Assembly (NCBI GenBank): GCA_963808625.1
Contig: CAWEHK010000041.1
Location: 1-64,000, forward strand
Reading direction: 5' to 3'
DNA length: 64,000 bases
Origin: an uncultured delta proteobacterium
GTDB lineage: Bacteria; Desulfobacterota; Syntrophobacteria; Syntrophobacterales; Syntrophobacteraceae
The position numbers and the translations under genes were made by a program. The notes beneath the pieces were generated by a model. That model ran no database searches. It saw only the letters and a program-made list of their open reading frames with translations, and was not told the DNA's origin. Shown piece by piece: positions 18,761 through 28,721 of the stretch. The first letter of the stretch is position 1. The number at the start of each line of letters is the position of its first letter.

Positions 18761-20438
18761 ATGCCGACCATGCCCAGCAGCATGCACTTAACGTTTCCAC
18801 ACGACCCCGTGTTGCCGCGCGTCCTGCGCCCGCTGTCGGCAGCACAATCTTATGCCGTTTTTGTCGTGAACGCTCTCCTCGAGACAAAGCAAAAGGTGGA
18901 TGGGCCATCCTATCATTCACACATCGCCGAAGTGATGCAGCATCATGTTGATACCGAAAAAGATCTGTCCGCATGGGTGGGGGAACGTCTTGCCCGTGGT
19001 CCGGTTGGCGTAAAAGCTTTCGATCGGGCGCGGAAACGGGCCGAGGAATGGCTTCGAGAAGGAAGATGGGTGGCATCATGGAGACCTTGGGCCGGTTTTC
19101 CCTCCAATGGCCCCTGCCGGCTGTCCCTGCGTCCTGTTCGGAAAGGGCAACATCGATCCCGCTCAGACCTGGGCCGCGTTTTTCAACTCAAGGAAGGCGA
19201 AAATCATCTCCCCTCGGGCAGAGTGGCTTCAGGTCCTGCGGGCGATGCTGCCGTTTCTGATTTCGAATAATTTGGGCGTTGCCGGAAGCTTCGGGACGAT
19301 TACCTACGATCTCGTGAGTGCCGCCGCCGAACAAACCGGAGCAGGACTCCTCCTTGTCGTTCCTGCACCGCTGGAGACTTTGGGCGCACTGAAAACTTCC
19401 CCGCTTCGCGATGCCGCATCCTTTCCTCGATCGATTTTGACCTGCATGGCGGAAGCCGTCATCTGTCCCAAGGCTACCCGTATGGTTTGCCGTGACCGTC
19501 TCCTCGCCCTCGTTTCGGATCTCCACTGCGTCCTGGAATTGCGGCGAAGGGGCAACCTCTTGGAGATTCTTGAAATGCAACAAAGAGAGCAGGTGCGTCC
19601 TCTGTGGGTTTACCGCCCCGCAGCCGGCACTCGGGAAAATGAGGGAAATCTAAAATTGCTGGAAGATTTTCCGCAATCCGCCGCCGGCTTTTCAATCGCG
19701 GATTTTGTCAGTCCTGAAGAATCTCCCGCCAAAAGGAAAACGCCGCACCATACCCTCCGGTTGCTCGACGCGAATAGCATTAACTGGCAGGATTACCTGT
19801 ATCACTACGTGCGGTCCTGCTCCGGTCCCTGGCCGGGCCAGTCGTATCGGGACTTTCTGATGGGTCTGTTCCGTGACGATTTTCTGGCGGGTCATACGGC
19901 CCTGGAGGCCCTTGTTCGCGTTCTGGTTGAAGGGCGCATCAGGGCCGGTTCGAGGATTGTGCGGGGAAATCACGCGGTCATTTCATGGACCTCCAGGCCG
20001 CCTGCGGAACTTGATGCGATACGGCGATGGAATCCGGCGCTCATTCGCTGGACCTTTGAACCGTACGGGGTTGCCGTGAGGCGTCGCGTATTGCGTGAAC
20101 TGGGCGCCAAGCCCGCGATTTACGGTTCTTCTGCGGTCTATGCAAGGCTGCGTCCGGGGGATCGCTTCCGTTTCCAACTCCATGAGCCGCCGCGTTGTTC
20201 CTGGAAAATCGAACGCGAATGGCGCCTGCCGCGTGACCTGGAACTGGCGGGGATAGGCTCCAATGAGGCCTTCGCGTTTGTGCCGGCCGCGCCCGAGCTA
20301 ACCGCAATGGAGCAGGAGATCTTTCGTGCACTGCCGATAGTCGTGCTGGGAGACGAGGGGGTGGTGAAGAAGACGGGAGACAGAAGACAGAAGACGGGAG
20401 ACAGAAGACGGGAGTCGGAAGTCAGAGTGAGGGGATAA
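18761..20438 (+). CDS. Hypothetical protein with DprA/SLOG-like middle and AbiGi-like (EREWR) C-terminus; frameshift near 19080-19110
   Basis: PCVLFGKGN..FFNSR...RDRLLALVSD..VLE...GNL resembles DprA; YHYVR...VISWT...EPYGVAV...EREWR resembles AbiGi/DUF2971-type proteins. Confidence 0.6.
20369..20430. repeat. 7-bp periodic tract at a gene 3' end
   Basis: AGACGGG/AGACAGA units. Confidence 0.75.
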
Positions 20439-20646
20439 AGATCCCTCATTCTGAAGTTCATCTTCTACCTTGTAGAGAGCCCTTCTCGATAAACTTTTTG
20501 TTTGACGAGGTTCTCCAAACTGTATTAGGCTAAATAAATCAATTGCAGTGCTGTATTTCCGGAAACCATTAGCTGTGGTCGGTGCGATCTCTACAGTGGT
20601 TGGAGAGAGTGCTCATTACCAATCAACATCAAGTCAGGGAAGTGCG

Positions 20647-21081
20647 ATGGATCGAGTGGAACTGGCGGTTACTCTTTTCCAGAAAGGTTTTTCCTGTTCG
20701 CAGGCCTTGGTTGCCGCCTATGGAGAATGCTTCGGCCTCGAGCGGGAAATTGCCCTGCGCGTTGCTGCCGGATTTGGCGGCGGCATGGGGCGCATGGCCG
20801 AAACGTGCGGGGCGGTCACGGGGGCATTCATGCTCATTGGCCTGAAGTATGGCAGCGCCGAAAGTAAAGATCGGCAGGCAAAAGAGAATACCTACGAGGC
20901 GGTAAGGGAATTAGCAAAAAGATTCAAAGCCTGCCATGATTCTCTCGTCTGCAGGGAGTTGCTGGGGTGTGACATCAGCACTCCTGAAGGCTTCCAACAT
21001 GCAAAGAAACAGAAGCTTGCCGCGACGGTCTGTGCAACATTGGTGAGAGATGCCGCCCAGATCGTCGAGCAGATCATATGA
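20647..21081 (+). CDS. C_GCAxxG_C_C family putative redox protein
   Basis: FSCSQA...GFGGGMG..ETCGAVTGA...CRELLG...C. Confidence 0.9.
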   Translation: MDRVELAVTLFQKGFSCSQALVAAYGECFGLEREIALRVAAGFGGGMGRMAETCGAVTGAFMLIGLKYGSAESKDRQAKENTYEAVRELAKRFKACHDSLVCRELLGCDISTPEGFQHAKKQKLAATVCATLVRDAAQIVEQII

Positions 21082-21137
21082 TGCCAGTCACAGCGTCTTA
21101 CGAAACCTTTTGTCTGCAGCTTTAAGGAGGATGCGCC

Positions 21138-22091
21138 ATGAAGAAGAAGACCCTGATTGCTCTCTGCCTTGTCTTGTTTGCCTCCTGGGCTTTGCCCGCA
21201 GGCTGTTTTGCGCTCGCCGTCGGCAGCCCTTACAAGAGTGGTAGTCTCCTCATTTTTCCCCTGATCGATGTGTCTGATGATACGGATACCATAATCGCGA
21301 TCACCAACGGCTTTTATTATGGAGTCAACGTTACCTGCCGCTTTCGGAGCGCTTCGGATGATACTGCCGGGTTCACTTTCTTCGTTGATCGATATGAGAC
21401 AGCCTGGTTCAGTGCCAAAACCGGTGATGGTTCCACGGCTGGCGGGATGACTGTTGGCGAGCGGGGCGAGCTGAAATGCTGGGCCGTGAGTCCTTCGGGG
21501 ACTGACCAGATCTCCTGGAATTACCTGGAGGGGTTTGCCGAGATCACGAATTCGGGCTCCGATGGCTTTTCATGGGGGTACAGTTCGTGGAATTTTGCTG
21601 CCCGCAAGCCGCGTGGCCAGGTGGTCGGCGAGCCCGGGAGGATCAATCTCTCGGGGAAGGCGGGCGAATACGATGCCATGCCCAAGTATCTTTCCTTCAA
21701 CCTTCCCATGACGCTTACGGGAGCAGAGCTTACGCTTCTTGTCGGCAAGGAGGACTTGCGGCAGGATCGCCAAAAAACCTATTCCAAGGCAAAATTCTAT
21801 TACAGCAAGGGCAATACTTCCGGTACCCAGTGCATTGAAAACTGGGTCCAAACCGCAATTGGCCAGGCAGTTCTTGGGAGCTTCACAGTCCAGGGAATTG
21901 CGAGCACGGTGTGCGACAAGCTCTACAAAAAGCCTTCCGGTACCACTAAAAATGCGCCCATCCTCGGGGTGATCGAGGCTCACCGGAACGGCGCGGTTTA
22001 TGGAATTATGCCTACAGGGATCGGGGCCGATCAGACCGGCTATATTCTCTGGGATGCTGATGCAACGGTACCGGAAGCAATCTCACGGTAA
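21138..22091 (+). CDS. Secreted hypothetical protein
   Basis: AAGGAGG RBS; N-terminal signal peptide; beta-rich with several Cys. Confidence 0.8.
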   Translation: MKKKTLIALCLVLFASWALPAGCFALAVGSPYKSGSLLIFPLIDVSDDTDTIIAITNGFYYGVNVTCRFRSASDDTAGFTFFVDRYETAWFSAKTGDGSTAGGMTVGERGELKCWAVSPSGTDQISWNYLEGFAEITNSGSDGFSWGYSSWNFAARKPRGQVVGEPGRINLSGKAGEYDAMPKYLSFNLPMTLTGAELTLLVGKEDLRQDRQKTYSKAKFYYSKGNTSGTQCIENWVQTAIGQAVLGSFTVQGIASTVCDKLYKKPSGTTKNAPILGVIEAHRNGAVYGIMPTGIGADQTGYILWDADATVPEAISR

Positions 22092-22310
22092 TACTGCAAC
22101 GAGGTCTCGCCGAGAGCTTTGATTTGGAGGGCGGGCTTTCCCACCCGCCTTCCGGTCGATTCGGCATAGCTCGATGGCAAGCCACCCACAGGTTCTATCC
22201 TTCCTCAAAGGACCCCTTTATTATAAGCCGTGCCGTGTTGGAAACTGCGCTGAAGTGCGCTGGTCGTGAAGCGAATTGGGCTCTTATCCTGCACACTGGT
22301 CCGGACCTGG

Positions 22311-23240
22311 TCAGTCATCCCCATACGGCACCGAATACAAAGCGAGCTCCCTGCCCACGAAGGCCTTTTCGAAGACCTCCTGCGCTTTGCCCTCGAGGCG
22401 CATGAGGTCTTCGTCGCTATAACGGGGGCTGATGTGGACCAGCACCGCCTGTCTTGCTCCCGCCCGCCGTGCCAGGTTGGCTGCCTCAACCACGGTCAGA
22501 TGGCCCTTGGCGTTGGCGTGCTCGGCATCTTCCGGCAGGAACATGCCTTCGATGAACGCGATGTCCACGTTCCGGCAGAGCTTATAGAGCGCCTTCGCCG
22601 GCCGGGTGTCGACGACATAGGCCAGATGCCTGCCGCTTCTGGCCGGGCCCAGCACCTGCCTGGGTTTGATTGTTTTGCCGCTTTCCAGGACCACTTCCTG
22701 CCCGTTCTGGAGCCGGCCCCACAGGGGTCCCTTCGGGATCCCCAATTCTATGGCACGGCCGGGGTTGAACTTCCCCGGGCGTTCGCGCTCTTCCAGGCGA
22801 TACCCCAGGCAGAATTGCGTGTGCTTGAGCGGCTCCCAGAACAGGCGCACGCGCTCGTCCTGGTAGGCAAGACCGTCCGTGTCATCTGACCATTCCACAA
22901 AGTGCACGGGATAATTGAGGTAGAAACCAAGGGCTTTCCGCGTCTCCTCCAGGAATGCTTTGATCCCGGGCGGGCCAATGATGGTAAACGGCTCCGGGTC
23001 GTCCATCTGCGCCCGGAGCATGAGCATACCGGGAATGCCGAGACAGTGGTCGGCATGGAGATGCGTGACGGCCAGCAGCTTGAATCCACGCAGGCCGAGC
23101 TGCGCTCTTTTCCAGCCCAGTTGGGTGCCTTCGCCCGCATCAAAAAGGTAGATCCGGCCATCGAGCCTCACCGCCAGTGCTGTCAGCAGACGATCCGGCA
23201 AGGGCGCCATCCCGCCGGTTCCGAGAAGAATGCAGTCCAA
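22311..23240 (-). CDS. rnz: Ribonuclease Z
   Basis: LGTGG, FDAGEGTQ, THLHADH, PGKF...GIPKGP exosite, DTRP, HISPRY; TTG start after GGAGGAG. Confidence 0.92.
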   Translation of the reverse strand: MDCILLGTGGMAPLPDRLLTALAVRLDGRIYLFDAGEGTQLGWKRAQLGLRGFKLLAVTHLHADHCLGIPGMLMLRAQMDDPEPFTIIGPPGIKAFLEETRKALGFYLNYPVHFVEWSDDTDGLAYQDERVRLFWEPLKHTQFCLGYRLEERERPGKFNPGRAIELGIPKGPLWGRLQNGQEVVLESGKTIKPRQVLGPARSGRHLAYVVDTRPAKALYKLCRNVDIAFIEGMFLPEDAEHANAKGHLTVVEAANLARRAGARQAVLVHISPRYSDEDLMRLEGKAQEVFEKAFVGRELALYSVPYGDD

Positions 23241-23439
23241 ATATCGACTCCTCCGGTGCTTTGCATCATGAGGGTGGTTATATGATGTATTGGGCGAGAC
23301 AGGTCCTCGCATACTCGAAGCAAATTCTCGACAGGACACTGATCGTTGCCGACTGTGGTGAGTATTGTCTCGTCCGCGATAGCGAAAGCTCTTATTTTAC
23401 TCAGCAGATCGCTCTTTTGTCCAATAGGGAATAAGCGCT

Positions 23440-23918
23440 GGGTGTAATCAGAAGTGGGGGTAACCTTCGTCCCGAATGCCTGCTGCTGAGCCACTATCGT
23501 CAACCGGCATTCTTCTAGTACACGTGGGCCGAAATCCGTAGCCAGCTCCGGTGGGCACGGTGAAGCTGTGCCCACCCTACAGTGTTCCCGGAGCCGTAGG
23601 GTGGGCAGGTTTTTTTGCCCACCGCAAACATGCACGAACTTATGCCCATGTGTACTAGTACAGCCGGGCGGAAGTTTCTGGTCAGTTCAGCGACCATTCA
23701 ACCGGATTGTGTAGGGGCGACCGGCCGGTTGCCCCTACCAGCCGAAACCAATTAGTGACTTCCGCCCACGCGTACCAGCCGGAATCCAGGGCAGTTTCAC
23801 CGCTGCAGATGTACTCCTGGATTCCGGCTTAAGGCGTGCCGGAATGACGATTTGCGTATGTCCAAAGCTATTATTGTTGCGTTCAGATCTGTCACAACTC
23901 TCACTTCTAATTGCACCC
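23440..23918. mobile_element. Non-autonomous element (IS256-like ends, 9-bp target duplication) containing nested MITEs and REPs
   Basis: ATAAGCGCT at 23431-23439 and 23919-23927; TIR GGGTGTAATCAGAAGTG vs GGGTGCAATTAGAAGTG. Confidence 0.75.
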
Positions 23919-23993
23919 ATAAGCGCTTCAAAGAGGTCGGATGAGGTCTGAGAATTACTGATGCACGTTTCTTTCTGAAGGAGTTTGCGACCC

Positions 23994-24422
23994 ATGGCTC
24001 CCATAATGCTTCACTGTGCAAGGGTCACCAAATTCATGGCGGTCGGGCCTGCTCTGGAGGATATCACCGGCGACTTGGCCGCAATGGTGGATGATTCCGG
24101 AGCAAAGGACGGCGTGCTGCATGCTGTGGTCATCGGCTCGACGGCATCCCTTACGACCATCGAATATGAACCCGGAGTCATCGAAGACCTGAAGCGGGCC
24201 ATCACGCGGTTGGCTCCCCCGGGGCAGAACTACGAGCATGAAAGGGCATGGCATGACGGCAACGGTCACAGTCATGTGCAGGCGGCCTTGCTCGGGCCTT
24301 CGCTGTCGATCCCGATTCGCAACGGGGAGTTAGCCCTCGGAACCTGGCAACAGATCGTCCTCATCAATCTCGATAATCGCGCCCGCAATCGCTGGGTAGA
24401 GGTGACGATTGTTGGCAGGTAA
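23994..24422 (+). CDS. yjbQ: YjbQ/UPF0047 family protein
   Basis: DITG...GSTASLTTIE...DGNGHSH...LGTWQQI; exact start uncertain. Confidence 0.9.
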   Translation: MAPIMLHCARVTKFMAVGPALEDITGDLAAMVDDSGAKDGVLHAVVIGSTASLTTIEYEPGVIEDLKRAITRLAPPGQNYEHERAWHDGNGHSHVQAALLGPSLSIPIRNGELALGTWQQIVLINLDNRARNRWVEVTIVGR

Positions 24423-24436
24423 CAGCTTGAAAACGC

Positions 24437-24465
24437 AGTGCTGAGTGCTGAGTGCTGAGTGTTGG
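24437..24465. repeat. 7-bp tandem repeat
   Basis: (AGTGCTG)3. Confidence 0.7.
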
Positions 24466-24525
24466 GAGCTGCACGCTCAGCAGGCGCCTTGTGACCACAT
24501 TTGCGTGTTCTCACAGGACGCTGAG

Positions 24526-25546
24526 TCAGAATCGCAGTTGCTGCGGGGCGGCGTGGTAGGGAATTCCCAGGTGCTCGAAGGCCAGGCGGGTGGCGAGGCG
24601 CCCGCGGGGGGTTTTGTGCAGGAATCCCAATTGAATCAGGTAGGGTTCGTAGACGTCCTCGAGGGTGTCTTTTTCTTCGGATACCGCTGCCGCCAGCGTT
24701 TCGATGCCGACGGGGCCGCCGTCGTACTTTTCGATGATGGTGCTGAGGATCTTCCGATCCATGCCGTCGAACCCCTTTTCATCCACTTCGAGCATGCGTA
24801 AAGCGTGGTCGGCTACATTCCCGGGTGATCCGTCCATCGGCGCGGACTTCGGCATAATCTCGCACGCGCCTCAGCAGGCGATTGGAAATCCGTGGCGTTC
24901 CTCGCGAGCGTTTGGCGATCTCGATGGCCCCATCCGGGTCGATCGGAATGCCGAGGATGCGGGCCGAGCGGTTGACAATAATCGTGAGGTCTTTGACTTC
25001 GTAGAATTCCAATCGCAGGCTTACCCCAAACCGGTCGCGCAGGGGAGGGGAGAGGAGCCCGGCGCGGGTGGTGGCGCCAATCAGCGTAAAGGGCGGCAGG
25101 TCGAGCTTGATGGTGCGGGCCGAGGGGCCCTGGCCGATGATGATATCCAGCTTGAAATCCTCCATGGCCGGGTAGAGGATTTCTTCAACGACGTGGTTCA
25201 GGCGGTGGATCTCGTCGATGAAGAGCACATCGCGCGCATCGAGATTGGTGAGGATGGCGGCCAGATCACCCGGACGTTCGATGACCGGTCCGGACGTGCT
25301 GCGCATGTTCACTCCCAACTCGTTGCTGATGACGGTTGCCAGAGACGTCTTGCCGAGGCCGGGATAGCCATGGAAGAGGACGTGGTCCAGCGGTTCAGCC
25401 CGCTGTTTGGCGGCTTCGATGAAGACAGTCAGATTTTCCTTCACCCGGTCCTGGCCGATATATTCATCCAAACGCCGGGGGCGCAGGCTGTTTTCTGCCG
25501 GGAGGTCTTCTTCCATTCTCTTGGGTTCGATGATGCGTTCGACCAT
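24526..25546 (-). CDS. ruvB: Holliday junction helicase RuvB; frameshift near 24815
   Basis: [38 protein letters not shown]-terminal GGPVG...EPYL..TPRGR in the adjacent frame. Confidence 0.96.
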
Positions 25547-25553
25547 TTTTTTC

Positions 25554-25596
25554 AGTGGCTAGTGGCTAGTGGCTAGTGCTAGTGACTAGTGGCTAA
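25554..25596. repeat. 7-bp tandem repeat inside the ruv operon
   Basis: (AGTGGCT)n between ruvA and ruvB. Confidence 0.8.
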
Positions 25597-25674
25597 GGGT
25601 TAGTGGTTGGTGGCCAGTTACAAATTCTTTTCTCTGCGCTCTCTGCGTCTCTGCGGTGAATGGCTTTATTGCGT

Positions 25675-26274
25675 TCAGGCGAGGAGGCGCAGACTTTCCT
25701 TCAAAAGTTTTTCCAGGGGCGGATCTTCGCCCAGGTGGTGCTGCGCCTTCCGGACCGCTTTTTCGGCCTCTGCCGGGCGGTAGCCCAGATTCACCAGCGC
25801 GGAGAAGGCATCATGGTAAACCCCGGGACTCGTGGTTATCGGCAACTCGAAGCCTTCGCTCTTATCGTGCTTGATTTTAAGCCGGTCCCGCAATTCCAGG
25901 ATGATGCGTTCGGCAATTTTTTTCCCGACCCCGGGAATGTTTCGCAGACGCTGGTGATCTTTTCCCTGAACGGCCTGCCTGAGCGTATCCGGGCTCATCC
26001 CCGAGAGGATGCCGGCGGCCAGGCGGGGGCCGATGCCATTCACCGTGATGAGATGCAGGAACATCTCCTTTTCCCCAAGGGTGCGAAAACCGTAAAGCTG
26101 CAGCGCGTCTTCCCGAAGGTAGGTGTGAATGTTCAAGGTCACGGTTTGCCCGAGTTCGGGCAAGTCGTAAAAAGTGCTGAGAGGGACGTTGACAAAGTAA
26201 CCCACACCGTGGACATCGACGATGATGAAATCGGGGGATTTGTGTTTCAGTTTTCCTTCCAGATACCCGATCAT
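25675..26274 (-). CDS. ruvA: Holliday junction DNA-binding protein RuvA
   Basis: MIGYLEG, HGVGY, LYGF, VNGIGPR, PGVGKKIAERI, ALVNLGY. Confidence 0.97.
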   Translation of the reverse strand: MIGYLEGKLKHKSPDFIIVDVHGVGYFVNVPLSTFYDLPELGQTVTLNIHTYLREDALQLYGFRTLGEKEMFLHLITVNGIGPRLAAGILSGMSPDTLRQAVQGKDHQRLRNIPGVGKKIAERIILELRDRLKIKHDKSEGFELPITTSPGVYHDAFSALVNLGYRPAEAEKAVRKAQHHLGEDPPLEKLLKESLRLLA

Positions 26275-26775
26275 GGCAGTTCCGACCCGCTCCAGCGCCT
26301 CTTCGAGGCCTGGGTATTCAGGTGGCAGATGGCGGCGGCGAGGGCGTCGGCGGCATTGGAATTGGGCGGCTCTTTTAGTTTAAAAAGATATTGAATCATT
26401 TTTACCATCTGCTCTTTCCCGGCCTTACCATATCCCGCCACCGCCTGCTTGATCTGCAGGGCGCTGTATTCGAAGACGGGAAGACCGGCGTTCACGGCCG
26501 CAAGAATCGCGGCCCCGCGAGCCTGTCCCAAGCTCAGGGCGCTTTTCACATTCTTCGCGAAAAAGACATTCTCGATCGCCATGCACGACGGGCTGGACTT
26601 CCGTGATAATCGCCGATAACCGCTGATAGATGATGCTTAAACGCTCGGGGAGCGGCAGCGCGCCCGAGAGGCTGACCGTGCCATTGGTGACATGGCGGAG
26701 CAGGCTGCCATCCCCCTCCACAATGCCGTAGCCCGTATATCGGGAGCCCGGGTCAATGCCGATGGCGCGGATCAT
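26271..26775 (-). CDS. ruvC: Holliday junction resolvase RuvC; frameshift near 26585
   Basis: IGIDPG..TGYG; AIENVFF, LGQARG, IKQAVAGYGKA, ADALA. Confidence 0.95.
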
Positions 26776-26788
26776 CTTTTGAACCAAA

Positions 26789-26981
26789 AGTGCTGAGTGC
26801 TAAATTCTGAGTTCTGAGTGCTGGGTGTTGAGTGCTGAGTTCTGAGTGCTGGGCGCTGAGTAAAAACACCTGATTCCTCTCGTACGGTTCGATGGGTGGT
26901 CATCTATCGTCCACCGCCGCATCGCCGTCATCTATCAACCATCAACCATCAACCATCAACCATCAACCCTCAACCATCCAC
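26789..26981. repeat. Two 7-bp periodic tracts between yebC and ruvC
   Basis: (AGTGCTG/AGTTCTG)n at 26789-26861 and (CATCAAC)n at 26929-26981. Confidence 0.85.
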
Positions 26982-26985
26982 CCTC

Positions 26986-27735
26986 TCACGCCAGAGCATC
27001 CAAGACCTTGTCAGGGATGTCAAAATTGGCGTAAGCGTTTTGAACGTCGTCACAATCATCCAGGGCGTCCATCAACTTCAGGACTTGTGCAGCCGTTTTT
27101 TCGTCTTCAACAGGCACGGTGCTCTGCGGGACCATGGTGATTTCAGCAAGCTCATAGGTCATGCCTTTGTCTTCAAAAGCAGCCTTCACGGCGGCAAAAT
27201 CTTCCAGCGAGGTAGTGACTTCAAACTGGTCCTCTTGTTCATCTACATCTTCCGCACCGGCATCGAGGGCCACTTCCATGAGTTCTTCCTCGGAGACCTT
27301 CTCCTTGATGAAGACAATACTCCCCTTTTTGCTGAACATCCAGGCGACGCAGCCAGCCTCACCCATGCTGCCCCCGTGGCGAGTGAAAATATGGCGGACA
27401 TCGCTCGCGGCACGATTTCTGTTGTCGGTCATGATTTCCGCGAGCACGGCCACCCCGCCCGGACCGTAGCCCTCGTAGTTGATTTCCTCGTAGGTGACTC
27501 CTTCGAGCTCTCCCGCGCCTTTCTTGATCGCGCGCTCGATATTGTCCTTGGGCATGTTTTCAGCCTTGGCGGCAGCAATCGCGGCGCGCAGTCGGGGATT
27601 ACCCGTGGGATCTCCGCCGCCGGTCCGCGCCGAGACCATGATTTCTTTGATCAGCTTGGTGAAGATCTTGCCCCGTTTGGCGTCCGCAGCCCCTTTCTTA
27701 TGTTTGATGGTGCTCCACTTAGAGTGTCCGGACAT
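26986..27735 (-). CDS. yebC: YebC/PmpR family protein
   Basis: [37 protein letters not shown]. Confidence 0.97.
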   Translation of the reverse strand: MSGHSKWSTIKHKKGAADAKRGKIFTKLIKEIMVSARTGGGDPTGNPRLRAAIAAAKAENMPKDNIERAIKKGAGELEGVTYEEINYEGYGPGGVAVLAEIMTDNRNRAASDVRHIFTRHGGSMGEAGCVAWMFSKKGSIVFIKEKVSEEELMEVALDAGAEDVDEQEDQFEVTTSLEDFAAVKAAFEDKGMTYELAEITMVPQSTVPVEDEKTAAQVLKLMDALDDCDDVQNAYANFDIPDKVLDALA

Positions 27736-27738
27736 GAA

Positions 27739-28344
27739 TCAGCCTCCTTCCTGTATTCTTTTGAAACCCCTGGCCAGGATGTAGATTTCCTTGCTCTGTT
27801 TACGTGATGCCGCCGGCTTCACCACTTTGACCGAGGTGAACGCCCGTTTGGTCCCCAGCAGTAGTGGGTGGAAATCGCTTCCCTGGAATATTTTGGCCAG
27901 AAAGTGACCGTTTGGTTTAAGGGACAACCGAACGATTTCGAACGCCCGCTCAAAAAGCAGCGCCGAACGCGCACTGTCGGCGACGCGAACTCCGGAAGTC
28001 GCGGGAGCCATGTCGCTGAGGATCACATCGAATGGAGCGTAGTCGCGCACTAATTCGTCCAGGAATTCCGGTTCAAAAATATCACGTTGGAGAATGACCA
28101 CGTTGCCGGGAAAGGGGTGGTCGATGCTTTTGAGGTCGACGCCGACCACCAGGCCTCTGGGGCCCACCGTGACGCTGGTGAGCTGCAGCCAGGAACCGGG
28201 GGCGGCGCCCAGGTCCAGCACGCGGTTTCCCGGCCTGAGGAGCCGGTAGCGCTGTTGAATTTCCTCGAGCTTGTAGACCGCACGCGCCAGAAAATGCTCT
28301 TTCTTGGCGCGGTGAAAGTAGTGATCCTGGAACGCAAAGGTCAT
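27739..28344 (-). CDS. rlmE: 23S rRNA U2552 2'-O-methyltransferase
   Basis: RAVYKL, LDLGAAPGSW, SDMAP, KIFQG, KPAASR..SKEIY. Confidence 0.93.
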   Translation of the reverse strand: MTFAFQDHYFHRAKKEHFLARAVYKLEEIQQRYRLLRPGNRVLDLGAAPGSWLQLTSVTVGPRGLVVGVDLKSIDHPFPGNVVILQRDIFEPEFLDELVRDYAPFDVILSDMAPATSGVRVADSARSALLFERAFEIVRLSLKPNGHFLAKIFQGSDFHPLLLGTKRAFTSVKVVKPAASRKQSKEIYILARGFKRIQEGG

Positions 28345-28721
28345 TGCCCAACCACCTTAAGCTGCTTTTCTTTTTGAGAAAACTCCGTATATCACAGAAG
28401 GCATGGGTCTGTAAACAGAGCCAGTGGCGCGTTGGTTATTTGACATGGGGTTTGCCGCAAAACAGATCAAGATGGTGGTTGGGACGCGATCCGGGATATG
28501 AAGCAGGTGTCGAATTCAAGAGGCTGCACGCGGCGGGACGTCCTCGAAGCATTGAGAAGCAGCGAAGTCGAGGGGGGAGAAATTTATGCGCGCAGGCCGC
28601 CGTTCCCGGAAGAAGGGAGCAGTTCGCCCACCTGGTGACCGGTTGAACACCGGAAACCCTGGTGATCATTATCCGACGTCTGCGGCGACAGCGGCTTGCA
28701 GCGTTCGAGGTCAGGCCCCTG

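Noticed and set aside
24526..26775. Programmed frameshifting or pseudogenisation of ruvB/ruvC
   Set aside because: No consistent slippery motif; the same indel pattern occurs window-wide.
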